A DNA stretch of 64,000 bases from Promethearchaeota archaeon (GTDB lineage Archaea; Asgardarchaeota; Lokiarchaeia; Sigyniarchaeales; SOKP01), in NCBI GenBank assembly GCA_048939995.1, contig JBHLOY010000002.1, positions 464,485 through 528,484 of the forward strand, in the 5' to 3' direction. Positions within the stretch are counted from its first letter, which is position 1. The number at the start of each line of letters is the position of its first letter. Position numbers and translations under genes: made by a program. Below, in pieces: positions 1 through 9,855 of this stretch. The notes under the pieces were generated by a model. The model was not told the DNA's origin, searched no databases, and saw only the letters and a program-made list of their open reading frames with translations.

Positions 1-2
1 AA

Positions 3-596
3 TGCTGCCTTGAACGTGGCCCAATCCCTATCACATTTTGGGATTTAGAATTATGGGCGCGAAACGGAGTAATTGCCAACTTTCTGCCTTACTTAGATGT
101 CTATAATAAACCAAATGGTACTGTAGATCTAATATTAAAACCAATACCTCCAAAACCCGAAGAAGGAGAAGAGGATGCTCAAAAAAGTCCTTTCGAAACT
201 CCATCGATTGATGAATTATTAGAAGTGAAATGTCCTTTATATAATAAAGATGACAAGAAATGTTTAGTTTATGAACACCGCCCTTTAAGCTGTAGGGTTT
301 ATCCACTTGAGTTTGATGGGAAAAACTTTAGTATTGTTGACGTTGATTGCCCAGGAATTGGAGAGGAAGGGATGACAAAGGAAGAACTTAAAGAAATGCG
401 TGATTCGGCTAAAATGATGTACTATGAACTAACAAGGATGCGGATTGCATTACCTGTATTAAATCAAGTACTCTCCCAAAAAATAATGATGGATTTAATG
501 CGTCAAAATCTAGAGGTTATGAGTAAAATAAGTGATGAAGATAGAGAAAAATTAGATGAAATCTTTAAAAAAACAAAACCAGAACCAACTGAATAA
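3..596 (+). CDS. YkgJ/CxxCxxCC family cysteine-cluster (Fe-S/Zn) protein, 5'-truncated by window edge
   Basis: Frame is open from nt 3 (CCLERGPIPITFWDLELW...), so the ORF-track start at 225 is internal; motif CPLY...KCLVYEHRPLSCRVYP is typical of YkgJ. Confidence 0.8.
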   Translation, partial: CCLERGPIPITFWDLELWARNGVIANFLPYLDVYNKPNGTVDLILKPIPPKPEEGEEDAQKSPFETPSIDELLEVKCPLYNKDDKKCLVYEHRPLSCRVYPLEFDGKNFSIVDVDCPGIGEEGMTKEELKEMRDSAKMMYYELTRMRIALPVLNQVLSQKIMMDLMRQNLEVMSKISDEDREKLDEIFKKTKPEPTE

Positions 597-630
597 TTTC
601 TATACATTTTAATTACCTTTTTTATTAAAT

Positions 631-1152
631 ATGAAAGAACTAAAAGTTGGAAATTCGGAAATTAAGTTGATTCAGGGAGATATTACCGAAATGAACACTG
701 ATGTAATCGTAAATGCAGCAAATTCCCAGCTAATTTTAGGAGGGGGTGTTGCTGGTGCAATACGAAAAAAGGGAGGACCAAAAATTCAAGAAGAATGCAG
801 CAAGATCGGTAGCACTTATGTTGGTGGAGCAGTCATAACCACAGGTGGCAATTTGAAAGTGAAATACGTAATTCATGCAGTTGGTCCACGTATGGGCGAA
901 GGCTCAGAGGATGAGAAACTAAAGAATGCCACTTTGAATAGTCTCAAATTAATGGATGAAAAACAATTGCATACTATCGCATTTCCAGCAATTTCCACAG
1001 GAATATTTGGCTACCCTATAGATAGATGTGCAAAAATAATGATATCGACCACTAAAGAATACTTAAATTCAATAAAAAGCCAGATTAAAACTGTGATATT
1101 TTGTCTGTATACACAATCTGATTTTGCAGTTTTTGAAAAAGAATTAAGGTAA
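631..1152 (+). CDS. Macro domain protein (ADP-ribose binding / O-acetyl-ADP-ribose deacetylase, YmdB-like)
   Basis: GDIT, DVIVNAAN, GGGVAGAI, VIHAVGP, AFPAISTGIFGYP motifs. Confidence 0.93.
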   Translation: MKELKVGNSEIKLIQGDITEMNTDVIVNAANSQLILGGGVAGAIRKKGGPKIQEECSKIGSTYVGGAVITTGGNLKVKYVIHAVGPRMGEGSEDEKLKNATLNSLKLMDEKQLHTIAFPAISTGIFGYPIDRCAKIMISTTKEYLNSIKSQIKTVIFCLYTQSDFAVFEKELR

Positions 1153-1266
1153 ATTACAAAAGATTTGACAATTGAGTATAAGAGACTTATCAGTAAGATT
1201 TTTTAAACTTGACTTCCAAAAGAAAAATGATACCAAAAAATTAAAAATTTGAGGCTATAATATTCA

Positions 1267-1899
1267 ATGGGAGAATCTTCTAAAGCAAAAGATCTAATCG
1301 AAAAGATAAAGGTATTTTTAAAAAAAGAAAAACCACATATTAAACTCTTTGACGAAAGAATAAAAAGATTGTTTCAAATAGCAGGTTGGGGTATTTTTAT
1401 TGGATGTGTCATTTATTGGATTTTTTATATGTTCATTGCCCAAGATTTTACAGCAGTTTTAGCTACTACTTATTTTACAGTAGTTTTAATTAGTTTGACT
1501 TGTATTTTCAAGCTTGAATCTGTTTTTCTGAATACTATCACCTGTTTAACCTTTTATGGTTTTTTAAACATTACAATAGCCTTCATTCCACAGGTTGATG
1601 ACTTTTTTACCTTGATGGTGGCGCCTCTCTTACATGGAATAATCGCAGGGTTTCAACTCTTCCTTATATTTCACCCAAAAGTCCCTATAAGTAAAAAATA
1701 TCTACTATGGGGTGTGCTATTTTTCTCTATTTTTATGGTCGCTTATGATGATTACGGTCGATTTAGTTATATAACAGGTTTAAGTGAATTAATTCCTTTT
1801 GCAGCTGAATTTATGAAAGCTTATGCATTTTATGCTCTAATTTTTTCAGCAATCGGTATTTATATTTATAAAAGACTATTTGGGATACTTGTCAACTAA
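1267..1899 (+). CDS. Multi-pass membrane protein (~6 TM), unknown function
   Basis: 210 aa ORF with about six hydrophobic segments; YFT and LLHG motifs within TM helices. Confidence 0.75.
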   Translation: MGESSKAKDLIEKIKVFLKKEKPHIKLFDERIKRLFQIAGWGIFIGCVIYWIFYMFIAQDFTAVLATTYFTVVLISLTCIFKLESVFLNTITCLTFYGFLNITIAFIPQVDDFFTLMVAPLLHGIIAGFQLFLIFHPKVPISKKYLLWGVLFFSIFMVAYDDYGRFSYITGLSELIPFAAEFMKAYAFYALIFSAIGIYIYKRLFGILVN

Positions 1900-2050
1900 T
1901 AACTTGAATCTAAAGTTATCAACTTATCTTTAATTTAGGATAAAGTTTACAGAAAATTAGGGTAAATTATATTTACTCCTTCCTTATAAAATAAATTAAA
2001 ATCAAAAAGAAATAAAAATTAATTTTAACTAGTCAAAAACTAATCTTATT

Positions 2051-4963
2051 ATGACTGAGTACGAGTATAACTATATAAAATTTTTCGACGATGTTAGATC
2101 GTATGATGTAGGACTTGTAGGTGGGAAAAATAGCTCATTAGGTGAACTGCTTTCCTTTGGTATTCCTTGTCCTCTTGGTTTTGCCGTAACTGCGAAAGGG
2201 TATGATTATATATTAGAAACTAATTACTATAGAATAAAGGATGAGGAAATTTCACTTAAAGAATACATTAAAAGAAATATAGAAAAAATTTCTGACGAGT
2301 TAAAGAAAGAAGATATTAAATCAATTAAAACAGTAGATAAATTTTGTGCGGATATTAGATATTCCATAGAACAAGCAAAAATTCCAGATAGCCTTGCAGA
2401 TGAGATTTTAGATGCATACCATAAACTTATTGAACGTATAGGAGAGGAAACTACGTTCGCAGTGAGAAGTTCCGCAACTGCTGAAGACTTGCCTGATGCT
2501 TCTTTTGCTGGTCAACAAGACACTCATTTGAACATCTCAGGCGAAAATCAAATATTGGAATATATACTAAAAGACATGGCTTCTGTTTTTACAACTCGAG
2601 CCACCATGTATCGAGAAAGAGCCAATTTCGATCATTTTTCAGTTAAATTGAGTGTAGGAGTTCAGGAGATGGCTGGAGGGCTAGATGGCGTTAAAGCATC
2701 AGGAGTTATGTTTACAGAAGATCCAGATTCCGGAAATCCGAATGTAGTAGTAATAAGAGGTACTTTTGGTCTTGGAGAACTTATTGTACAGGGTGTTGAG
2801 AAAGGGGATGAATTTATTGTATTTAAGCATGGTCCAAGATTAAGAATCATTAGTCGTAGTTTAGTTAAAAAAGAAAAAATGATGGTTTTTGATAAAGATA
2901 AGGGTGGCACTCTAACTGTTCCAATTGAGAAAGAACAGCAAGAGAAATTTTGTTTAAATGATGAACAAATCAGAATTCTGGCAGAGTTTGCAATTAAAAT
3001 CCGTAACCATTATGAAACACCAATGGATATTGAGTGGGCTCTTGGAAATAATGGAAAAGTATACATTGTCCAAGCAAGACCAGAAACCGTTCATTCTCAG
3101 AAGGGAGATATAGAGGAAATTTTCTACTTATTAGAAGACCCCCAAAAATTGATTAATGATGGATATTTAATAGAAAATTCTGGGACTGCTATTGGGCGTA
3201 GAATTGGTTATGGTCAGATAAAAGTTATTGAATCAATAGATCAGGCACATAAATTGGAAGAAGGAGATATCTTGATTACCACTGAAACTAATCCTGACTG
3301 GACAAGTTATATGGCTAATTTAGGAGGGGTTCTTACTGAGAGGGGTGGCCCAACCTGCCATGCGGCAATAGTTTCGAGGGAATTAAATATTGCATCAATT
3401 GTGGGAGCAGATAATATTATAGAAGTAATTAAAGAAATAAAACGTGAAAAATCACTAGATACTGTTACGATAGACTGTAGTGAAGGCACTCCAAGAATTT
3501 GGACTAAAGAAGTTGAATACGATTTTGATATCATCGAATTTGCAAAACTTCCTCACACGAAAACCCAAGTATTAGTAAATTTAGGGATTCCTAAAGGAGC
3601 ATTGTCCTCTGGGAAATATCCAGATGGAACAGGATTAGCTAGATTAGAGTTTATTATTAATGATGAAATTCAAATTCATCCAAATGCTCTTATAGACTTT
3701 GATAGTCTAATAATGAGATATGATATCCTTTTAGAGCAACGAAAAAGGATTGAAAGTATTAAAAAGAGTGATCTCCATCATAAGGATGCATTTAATCAAC
3801 AAATCAAACGTTTAAAAGAAACTCTTGAAAAAATTAGAGTTTTAACAATTGGTTATGATGATAAAGAAGAATTTTATATTGAAAAATTAGCAGAAGGAAT
3901 TGCCACGATTGCAGCGGGAGTATGGAAAACTCTTCCAGATGGCACTATAGCACCCTGCATTGTAAGGCTCTCTGATTTCAAAACTAATGAATACCAAAAT
4001 TTGCTCGGCGGGTGGATTTATGAGAGTGAAGAAAACAATCCTATGCTTGGATTCCGCGGAGCATCACGTTACGTTTCAAATGACTTTCAAAATGCTTTTA
4101 TCTTAGAATTAAAAGCAATCTTAAAAGCACGTGAATGGGGGTTAATAAATATTATTCCAATGATACCTTTTTGTAGAAGTCCTGAAGAAGCCAAAAAGAT
4201 TCAAGAAATAATGATTAAAGAAGGATTTGAAAGAAAAAAAGACGGACTCCAGATTTACTGCATGGCTGAAATACCTTCGAATATTTTTTGTGCTGATATT
4301 TTTTGTAAATATTATGATGGATTTTCTATAGGCTCCAATGACTTAACCCAATTAATTTATGGTGTTGGAAGAGATAATGAAAAATTAATTCCATTATCTA
4401 AAGAATATAATTATGAGACAAATAGTGAAGCAATAAGAAGAGCCATAAGTCATCTAATTAAAGTTGCTCATCAAAATGGTAAAAAGGTTGGAATTTGTGG
4501 TCAAGCTCCCAGTGATGATCCTGACTTTCTAAGATTTTTAGTACGAGAGAACATTGATTCTATTTCTTTAAATTTTGATACATATGCGCGGGGGAGAATA
4601 AATACTTATAGAACAGAGATAATAGAATCAAAATTAAAATCAGAAGATAAAGCAAAAGCTTATGATTTACTAGATGCATCTGATAAATTAATCGAAAACC
4701 TTAGAATACCTCGAGGAAAATTAAGGAATATGGTTCGGAAGCAACTTAAAGATGTAAATGTTGAACTTCAAGAAACTACCACTAAATTTGATCAAATTTT
4801 TAAAGATTTATCCGACATTTCAAATGATTTCATTAATGAGATCAATAAAGAGCAAATCGATAATTTTGGTAATATTTATGAACATTATTATCTCAAGATT
4901 AAAGAACTTGAAGTTTTAATACCTAATCTTAACAAGAAGATAAGAATTTTTGGTATCTTTTAA
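2051..4963 (+). CDS. ppsA: Phosphoenolpyruvate synthase (pyruvate, water dikinase) with C-terminal helical extension
   Basis: VGGKNSSLGEL, AVRSSATAEDLPDASFAGQQDT, DIEWA, VQARPETV, TCHAAIVSRE (phospho-His), NPMLGFRG, DGFSIGSNDLTQL, ICGQAPSD. Confidence 0.95.
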   Translation: MTEYEYNYIKFFDDVRSYDVGLVGGKNSSLGELLSFGIPCPLGFAVTAKGYDYILETNYYRIKDEEISLKEYIKRNIEKISDELKKEDIKSIKTVDKFCADIRYSIEQAKIPDSLADEILDAYHKLIERIGEETTFAVRSSATAEDLPDASFAGQQDTHLNISGENQILEYILKDMASVFTTRATMYRERANFDHFSVKLSVGVQEMAGGLDGVKASGVMFTEDPDSGNPNVVVIRGTFGLGELIVQGVEKGDEFIVFKHGPRLRIISRSLVKKEKMMVFDKDKGGTLTVPIEKEQQEKFCLNDEQIRILAEFAIKIRNHYETPMDIEWALGNNGKVYIVQARPETVHSQKGDIEEIFYLLEDPQKLINDGYLIENSGTAIGRRIGYGQIKVIESIDQAHKLEEGDILITTETNPDWTSYMANLGGVLTERGGPTCHAAIVSRELNIASIVGADNIIEVIKEIKREKSLDTVTIDCSEGTPRIWTKEVEYDFDIIEFAKLPHTKTQVLVNLGIPKGALSSGKYPDGTGLARLEFIINDEIQIHPNALIDFDSLIMRYDILLEQRKRIESIKKSDLHHKDAFNQQIKRLKETLEKIRVLTIGYDDKEEFYIEKLAEGIATIAAGVWKTLPDGTIAPCIVRLSDFKTNEYQNLLGGWIYESEENNPMLGFRGASRYVSNDFQNAFILELKAILKAREWGLINIIPMIPFCRSPEEAKKIQEIMIKEGFERKKDGLQIYCMAEIPSNIFCADIFCKYYDGFSIGSNDLTQLIYGVGRDNEKLIPLSKEYNYETNSEAIRRAISHLIKVAHQNGKKVGICGQAPSDDPDFLRFLVRENIDSISLNFDTYARGRINTYRTEIIESKLKSEDKAKAYDLLDASDKLIENLRIPRGKLRNMVRKQLKDVNVELQETTTKFDQIFKDLSDISNDFINEINKEQIDNFGNIYEHYYLKIKELEVLIPNLNKKIRIFGIF

Positions 4964-4989
4964 ATAAAGTTTAATTAGTTGTATTTTTA

Positions 4990-5286
4990 TTATACATCCT
5001 TTATCTTTTCTAAGATCGAAAGAATTCTATAGATTGTGGTCCGACTGTGAAAGGGAAGATTCGGATCGAGAGTCAGATCGTCAAACCAATACATAAGATT
5101 ACTCGCAATTACTGCAGGTGATTCGTCTTCTCGTGTCAACTCCCCAATACCTCTCTGAGCAATCCTTTTAATATTTCTAGGGACAGCTCTATCACCCAAC
5201 ATACCTTCAAGCAATTTTATGACATTATTAAAAGCCTTCTGAACTTCCTCATTCACTTTCTTTTTGGACAAGGGGAATTTCACCAT
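4990..5286 (-). CDS. UPF0147 family protein
   Basis: DRAVPRNIKRIA...DPNLPFHSRTTIY pattern of archaeal UPF0147. Confidence 0.85.
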   Translation of the reverse strand: MVKFPLSKKKVNEEVQKAFNNVIKLLEGMLGDRAVPRNIKRIAQRGIGELTREDESPAVIASNLMYWFDDLTLDPNLPFHSRTTIYRILSILEKIKDV

Positions 5287-5482
5287 TCCAATGATTCTAG
5301 TTATAAAAAAATAAAATTAGACTATGTTTTGTTAAAATTATAATAAAATTTAATTTTTCCGATTCTAAACCTTTTTTAAGATTAAGAGAGTTTATTATTT
5401 TATAGGTTAAAATTTAAATGATTAATAAATATTATTAATACGATTTTGATATAATAAAGCTGTAAAAATTTCAGAATTAAGT

Positions 5483-6532
5483 ATGACAGAACAAATTATT
5501 TCAATAATATTATATGCCCAACTTGATGACGAATTGGGACCAAACCCTTTAGTTTGGTTGCCGGAAGCGTATGCACCAAATGAGATAATGCATATCGTAA
5601 TTAAGGTAATTACTGTACTTTCTGGTGAACAAGGTTTAATTCCCGAATCACTAGTTATTCTTCCCTTTCCATCTTTAAGGTTAAAAGGATTAATCAAATA
5701 CCTTAAATGGAATGATGAAAGTAGGCGAGGTGGGATAGGGCAATCGGCAATAGCATTACTATTTAAAGAAATGGATGATGTTATTTTTTATAAATATATG
5801 GATCAACTTAATTCTCCTTTCAATGATATCGCTCTCAAATTAGTTGATTTTGAAACAAATAAAGCCTCTAAAGAGAATTATACAGAGTTGTTAAAAACTT
5901 TTAATACAGATTTGACAAATTTATTAGAAGAGCTTAAAAGTAAAGAACTTTCACAAGTTAAAGAAAAAGAATTCCCAGAACAAAAATTGAAAGAAGCAGG
6001 ACTTATTGATTATAAGTTTAAAATTGCGATTGTTGGAGATCCTGGAGTTGGTAAAACATCTCTTATTCTAAGGTATACAAATAATGCATTCAGGAGACAA
6101 TATCTCCCAACATTAGGTGTGGTAGTCTCAGATAAAGTTTTTAATGTAGAGGATTCAACAATCCAATTAGTTTTATGGGATATTGCTGGTCAGGTGAAAT
6201 TTGAAACAATGCGACAACAATTTTATCTTGGATCTGATGCTATCTTGTTAGTTTTTGACTTAACTAATAGAAAATCTTTTGAGAATATATCTGACTGGTA
6301 TTTGGATATTAAGAAACAATTAAAAACATCTAGAGATTTGATTGGTTTTATTGTTGGAAATAAAAATGATTTAGTAAATGATATAAAAATTGATTCAAGT
6401 AAAGCTAAGGAATTAGCTGCTTTTCGCAATTTAGATTATATTGAAACTAGTGCTCTGAGTGGTGAGAATGTTGATCTTGCATTTAATAAACTTGCCGAAA
6501 GGCTTTATGAAAAATTTAAAATCTTAAAATAA
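5483..6532 (+). CDS. Rab-like small GTPase fused to N-terminal longin/uDENN-like domain (paralog 1)
   Basis: G1 GDPGVGKTS, G2 YLPTLG, G3 WDIAGQ, G4 GNKND, G5 ETSAL; ~170-aa N-terminal domain starting ILYAQLDDELGPNPLVW. Confidence 0.88.
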   Translation: MTEQIISIILYAQLDDELGPNPLVWLPEAYAPNEIMHIVIKVITVLSGEQGLIPESLVILPFPSLRLKGLIKYLKWNDESRRGGIGQSAIALLFKEMDDVIFYKYMDQLNSPFNDIALKLVDFETNKASKENYTELLKTFNTDLTNLLEELKSKELSQVKEKEFPEQKLKEAGLIDYKFKIAIVGDPGVGKTSLILRYTNNAFRRQYLPTLGVVVSDKVFNVEDSTIQLVLWDIAGQVKFETMRQQFYLGSDAILLVFDLTNRKSFENISDWYLDIKKQLKTSRDLIGFIVGNKNDLVNDIKIDSSKAKELAAFRNLDYIETSALSGENVDLAFNKLAERLYEKFKILK

Positions 6533-6619
6533 TTAAGAAAATGTTCAGATTCTCGGAAATTTTAAAAATTTCTCAATCTTTATCAAAATAATTTTAGAAA
6601 TGATGAAACAACTTTTAAA

Positions 6620-7867
6620 ATGAAAAAAAAACTCATTATTATTGCACTAATTATTACAATTATCGTAATTTCAGCAGGGGTAACCTCTTTTTTAATCATT
6701 AATTATCTATATCATAAATCTTCATTCGATTCAAGAATCCAAAATCTTATGTCAGAATATAATATTCCCTCATTAATGGGAGGTATAGTTGTGAATGATA
6801 GTCTTATATGGGTCTCTGGATATGGAGAGCAACCATCCATAGACACGGTATATATGATTGGATCAATAACTAAAACATTTACCGCTACAGCCATACTACA
6901 ACTTAATGAAAGCGGTTTTCTTAATTTAAATAATGATATTAACAATTATTTACCTTTTAATGTAAGAAATCCAGATTACCCAAGTAGAGTTATAACTCCA
7001 TATATGCTTTTAACACATACAGCAGGGTTACCAAGAAATTTATATTGGTCTCTTGAATTTTACTTTGATAATCAAACAATTGATTGGATTAACGAGAATT
7101 TAGATTTAGGAGGGGGGGACATAATTAAATTTGATGATCGCCCTTCATTAGGGGAGTTCTTAAATGAAAGTTTAAATCTCAATGGAGATTATTATGATTC
7201 ACTTAACTGGCAAAGTAGACCTGGATCAGAATTTTGGTATTCAAATGCAGGTTTTCAATTACTTGGGTATTTGATTGAAGAGATTTCAAATCAATCCTAT
7301 ATAGATTATATTCAAGAAAATATCTGCGAGCCGTTAAACATGACCAATACTGGAGAATATTACACAGATTTTGGTGAAAACAATGCGATACCTTATGAAC
7401 GACATAATGGTACAAACATGGAGTATCTTATTTACAATATTAACGTTACTGGAGCTGGTAATTTAAGGAGTACAATTAAAGATATGACAAATTATTTAAT
7501 TACATTTATGAATGATGGAAGATTTAATGGGAACCAGATACTAAGTGCTCAATCAGTTAATTTGATGCATTATAATCACATTCCACTCAGTGGAACTTCA
7601 ACAGAAGGATTTGCTATTAATGGCTATGGATTTGGATGGTCTCTTTTCTCTGATAATATTAAAGGTCATAATGGAGCTATTCCTGGCTTTAGTGCTAATA
7701 TGTATTTTAAAGAAACTGATGAAGGTTCATTTGGGGTAATTTTGATGTTTAATCGAGGCTCTGCTTTTGTATCTGACAATGAATTAATAAACAGCTTTAT
7801 ACCACAAATTAATGCCCTTTTTTTTGAAGAAGCGGAGAACTTATTTCAAGAAAGTCTTTCCTATTGA
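6620..7867 (+). CDS. Membrane-anchored serine hydrolase, beta-lactamase class C/AmpC-like family
   Basis: N-terminal TM anchor; SxxK (GSITK), LLTHTAG, YSN, GHNG motifs. Confidence 0.9.
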   Translation: MKKKLIIIALIITIIVISAGVTSFLIINYLYHKSSFDSRIQNLMSEYNIPSLMGGIVVNDSLIWVSGYGEQPSIDTVYMIGSITKTFTATAILQLNESGFLNLNNDINNYLPFNVRNPDYPSRVITPYMLLTHTAGLPRNLYWSLEFYFDNQTIDWINENLDLGGGDIIKFDDRPSLGEFLNESLNLNGDYYDSLNWQSRPGSEFWYSNAGFQLLGYLIEEISNQSYIDYIQENICEPLNMTNTGEYYTDFGENNAIPYERHNGTNMEYLIYNINVTGAGNLRSTIKDMTNYLITFMNDGRFNGNQILSAQSVNLMHYNHIPLSGTSTEGFAINGYGFGWSLFSDNIKGHNGAIPGFSANMYFKETDEGSFGVILMFNRGSAFVSDNELINSFIPQINALFFEEAENLFQESLSY

Positions 7868-7871
7868 ATCA

Positions 7872-7920
7872 TTCTTCAAATTTATTTGAAGAAATCTTCG
7901 TGAAAGCTGAGTTTCACGAA
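7872..7920. terminator. Two adjacent perfect 9-bp inverted repeats just after a stop codon (putative terminator, 3' structure or operator)
   Basis: ttcttcaaa-ttta-tttgaagaa (7872-7893) and ttcgtgaaa-gctgag-tttcacgaa (7897-7920). Confidence 0.4.
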
Positions 7921-8064
7921 TTATTATATATAGTAGAGAATGATTCAACCAGTTAATATACTTCATAGTTTAATTCTTGATTTCTTTTTACCCAAATATA
8001 AATAATCAAAACATTTTATGTATTTATTAGTTAAATTAACCCAAACATTTCACTTTGGAAAGTA

Positions 8065-9141
8065 ATGTCAAATAAAGAGTTTATAAATGCAATTATTTAT
8101 ACAGATATACACGATGAACTGGGACCGAACCCTGTTCATTGGTATCCTGCTGATCTCTCTGAAAATATACGCATGTTGGTTAGCATTAAGGCTGTTACAT
8201 TACTTTCTGGAAGCTATGGGTATGTACCTGACTCTTTAATCATCTTCCCATTCCCTTCTATTAAACTAAAAGGGATTGTAAAATATATTGAGAGAGCAAA
8301 TGATAGGAGAAGAGGAAAGTCAGCTCGATCAGCAATCACCTTCTTATTTAAAGAAGTAGATGATTTACTTTTCTATAAGTATATAAGTTATCTTGAGACT
8401 TTGTTTACAAATGCATCGAGAAAAATTATTGATCTAGAGAAATCCAATGCAGATGTTTTTCAAATTGATCGAGAGATTTTTCAAGAAATCGATCATCTAA
8501 GAGGAAATATACTTGAATTACTTGAAGAATTACGAAAAAAGGAATTAAGATTAGAAGAGTTTCCCGACGCAGCCAAAGAGAAGGAAATTAAAGCGGATTA
8601 TAAATTTAAATTAGTTGTGGTAGGAGACCCAGGTGTAGGTAAAACATCAACCATCTTAAGATTTACTGATAATGCGTTCAGTAGAGTGTATCTTGCAACG
8701 GCAGGTACCAATATATCTGATAAAAGTTTTCAAGTTGATAGGAATTTCGTAGAATTGATTATATGGGATATAGCAGGTCAAGCTAAATTCGGTACAATGA
8801 GGAAACACTTTTATCAAGGCGCTAATGGTGTTATCTTAATTTATGATCTAACTAATCCTAAAAGTTTCGAAAGTATCTCCGCATGGTATAAGGATATAAG
8901 AAATCATGTAGGTAAAAAAGCATCTTTAGTAGGATATATATTTGGAAATAAGCTTGATCTAATAGAAGAGAGAAAAGTAAAAACTAAAACCGCTCAAAAA
9001 CTAGCAAACGCTTTAAATCTTAATTATATTGAAATTTCTGCTCTAACGGGGCAAAATGTTGAGAATTCATTTTACAACATGGCTAAAAGATTAATACAAC
9101 TAAAGAAAAATCATTCTAACGAGATACTCTTTCCTTCTTGA
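8065..9141 (+). CDS. Rab-like small GTPase fused to N-terminal longin/uDENN-like domain (paralog 2)
   Basis: GDPGVGKTS, YLATAG, WDIAGQ, GNKLD, EISAL; N-terminus IIYTDIHDELGPNPVHW is colinear with 5483..6532. Confidence 0.88.
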   Translation: MSNKEFINAIIYTDIHDELGPNPVHWYPADLSENIRMLVSIKAVTLLSGSYGYVPDSLIIFPFPSIKLKGIVKYIERANDRRRGKSARSAITFLFKEVDDLLFYKYISYLETLFTNASRKIIDLEKSNADVFQIDREIFQEIDHLRGNILELLEELRKKELRLEEFPDAAKEKEIKADYKFKLVVVGDPGVGKTSTILRFTDNAFSRVYLATAGTNISDKSFQVDRNFVELIIWDIAGQAKFGTMRKHFYQGANGVILIYDLTNPKSFESISAWYKDIRNHVGKKASLVGYIFGNKLDLIEERKVKTKTAQKLANALNLNYIEISALTGQNVENSFYNMAKRLIQLKKNHSNEILFPS

Positions 9142-9710
9142 TATCCAATTCCTATTGATTTGCCAATCGTATAATATTTGTTATCTAAGGCATAGATTAT
9201 TGGATCTAATTTGATCATGTCAGCTATACTTTTACGTCCCTCATTTTCAATAACAAATTCTTGATTTACATAAGTTTGTATAACATCTCCAATAAAAATT
9301 TGGCGATGCTGTATCGAAAATTCTTTTACTACTTTGCATTCTAAATTGACTGGACATTCTTTAATCAAGGGAACTGTATCCAGTTCTCCAAAAAACACTT
9401 CAAAAAGCAATGATTTATCTACTTCTGAACCAGATACAATTCCACAATAGTCTACTTTAGCAAGCAGACTTGTTGATGGAAAATTAATACTAAATGCCCC
9501 ATGTTCGATAATGCCTTGATTTGTAAAATGATCTTGACCAGAAGATACATAAACTAAAGGTGGATTTATTCCCATAATTCCAACATCTCCAAGAGTTTCA
9601 AAATTAGGTTTTCCTTTAACAATAGATCCTACCAATACAATAGGGATGGGATATATTAACGGATATTTTCCTAATTTTACTTTCTTTATTTCTATATTTT
9701 TAGATTTCAT
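9111..9710 (-). CDS. Flavin reductase family (FMN-binding split barrel) protein
   Basis: YPIPIVLVG, FSINFPS, DYCGIVSG...DK, PLIKECPVNLECKV motifs; overlaps convergent GTPase gene by 31 bp. Confidence 0.9.
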   Translation of the reverse strand: MKSKNIEIKKVKLGKYPLIYPIPIVLVGSIVKGKPNFETLGDVGIMGINPPLVYVSSGQDHFTNQGIIEHGAFSINFPSTSLLAKVDYCGIVSGSEVDKSLLFEVFFGELDTVPLIKECPVNLECKVVKEFSIQHRQIFIGDVIQTYVNQEFVIENEGRKSIADMIKLDPIIYALDNKYYTIGKSIGIGYQEGKSISLE

Positions 9711-9855
9711 TAGAATAACTTAATTATTTTGTAGCTATGAATTTCTGAAAATTTATAAATATTTCAAATCGCAATAGCATTTAAACTGAATCAAATTCGA
9801 ATAAGAGGATTTATTGATTTTTAGATGAAATAATTTTATGACTCTTAATTTTAAC

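Noticed and set aside
6620-7867. Antibiotic-resistance beta-lactamase
   Set aside because: SxxK/YxN/HxG motifs are shared by many esterases and peptidases of this fold; nothing supports beta-lactam specificity
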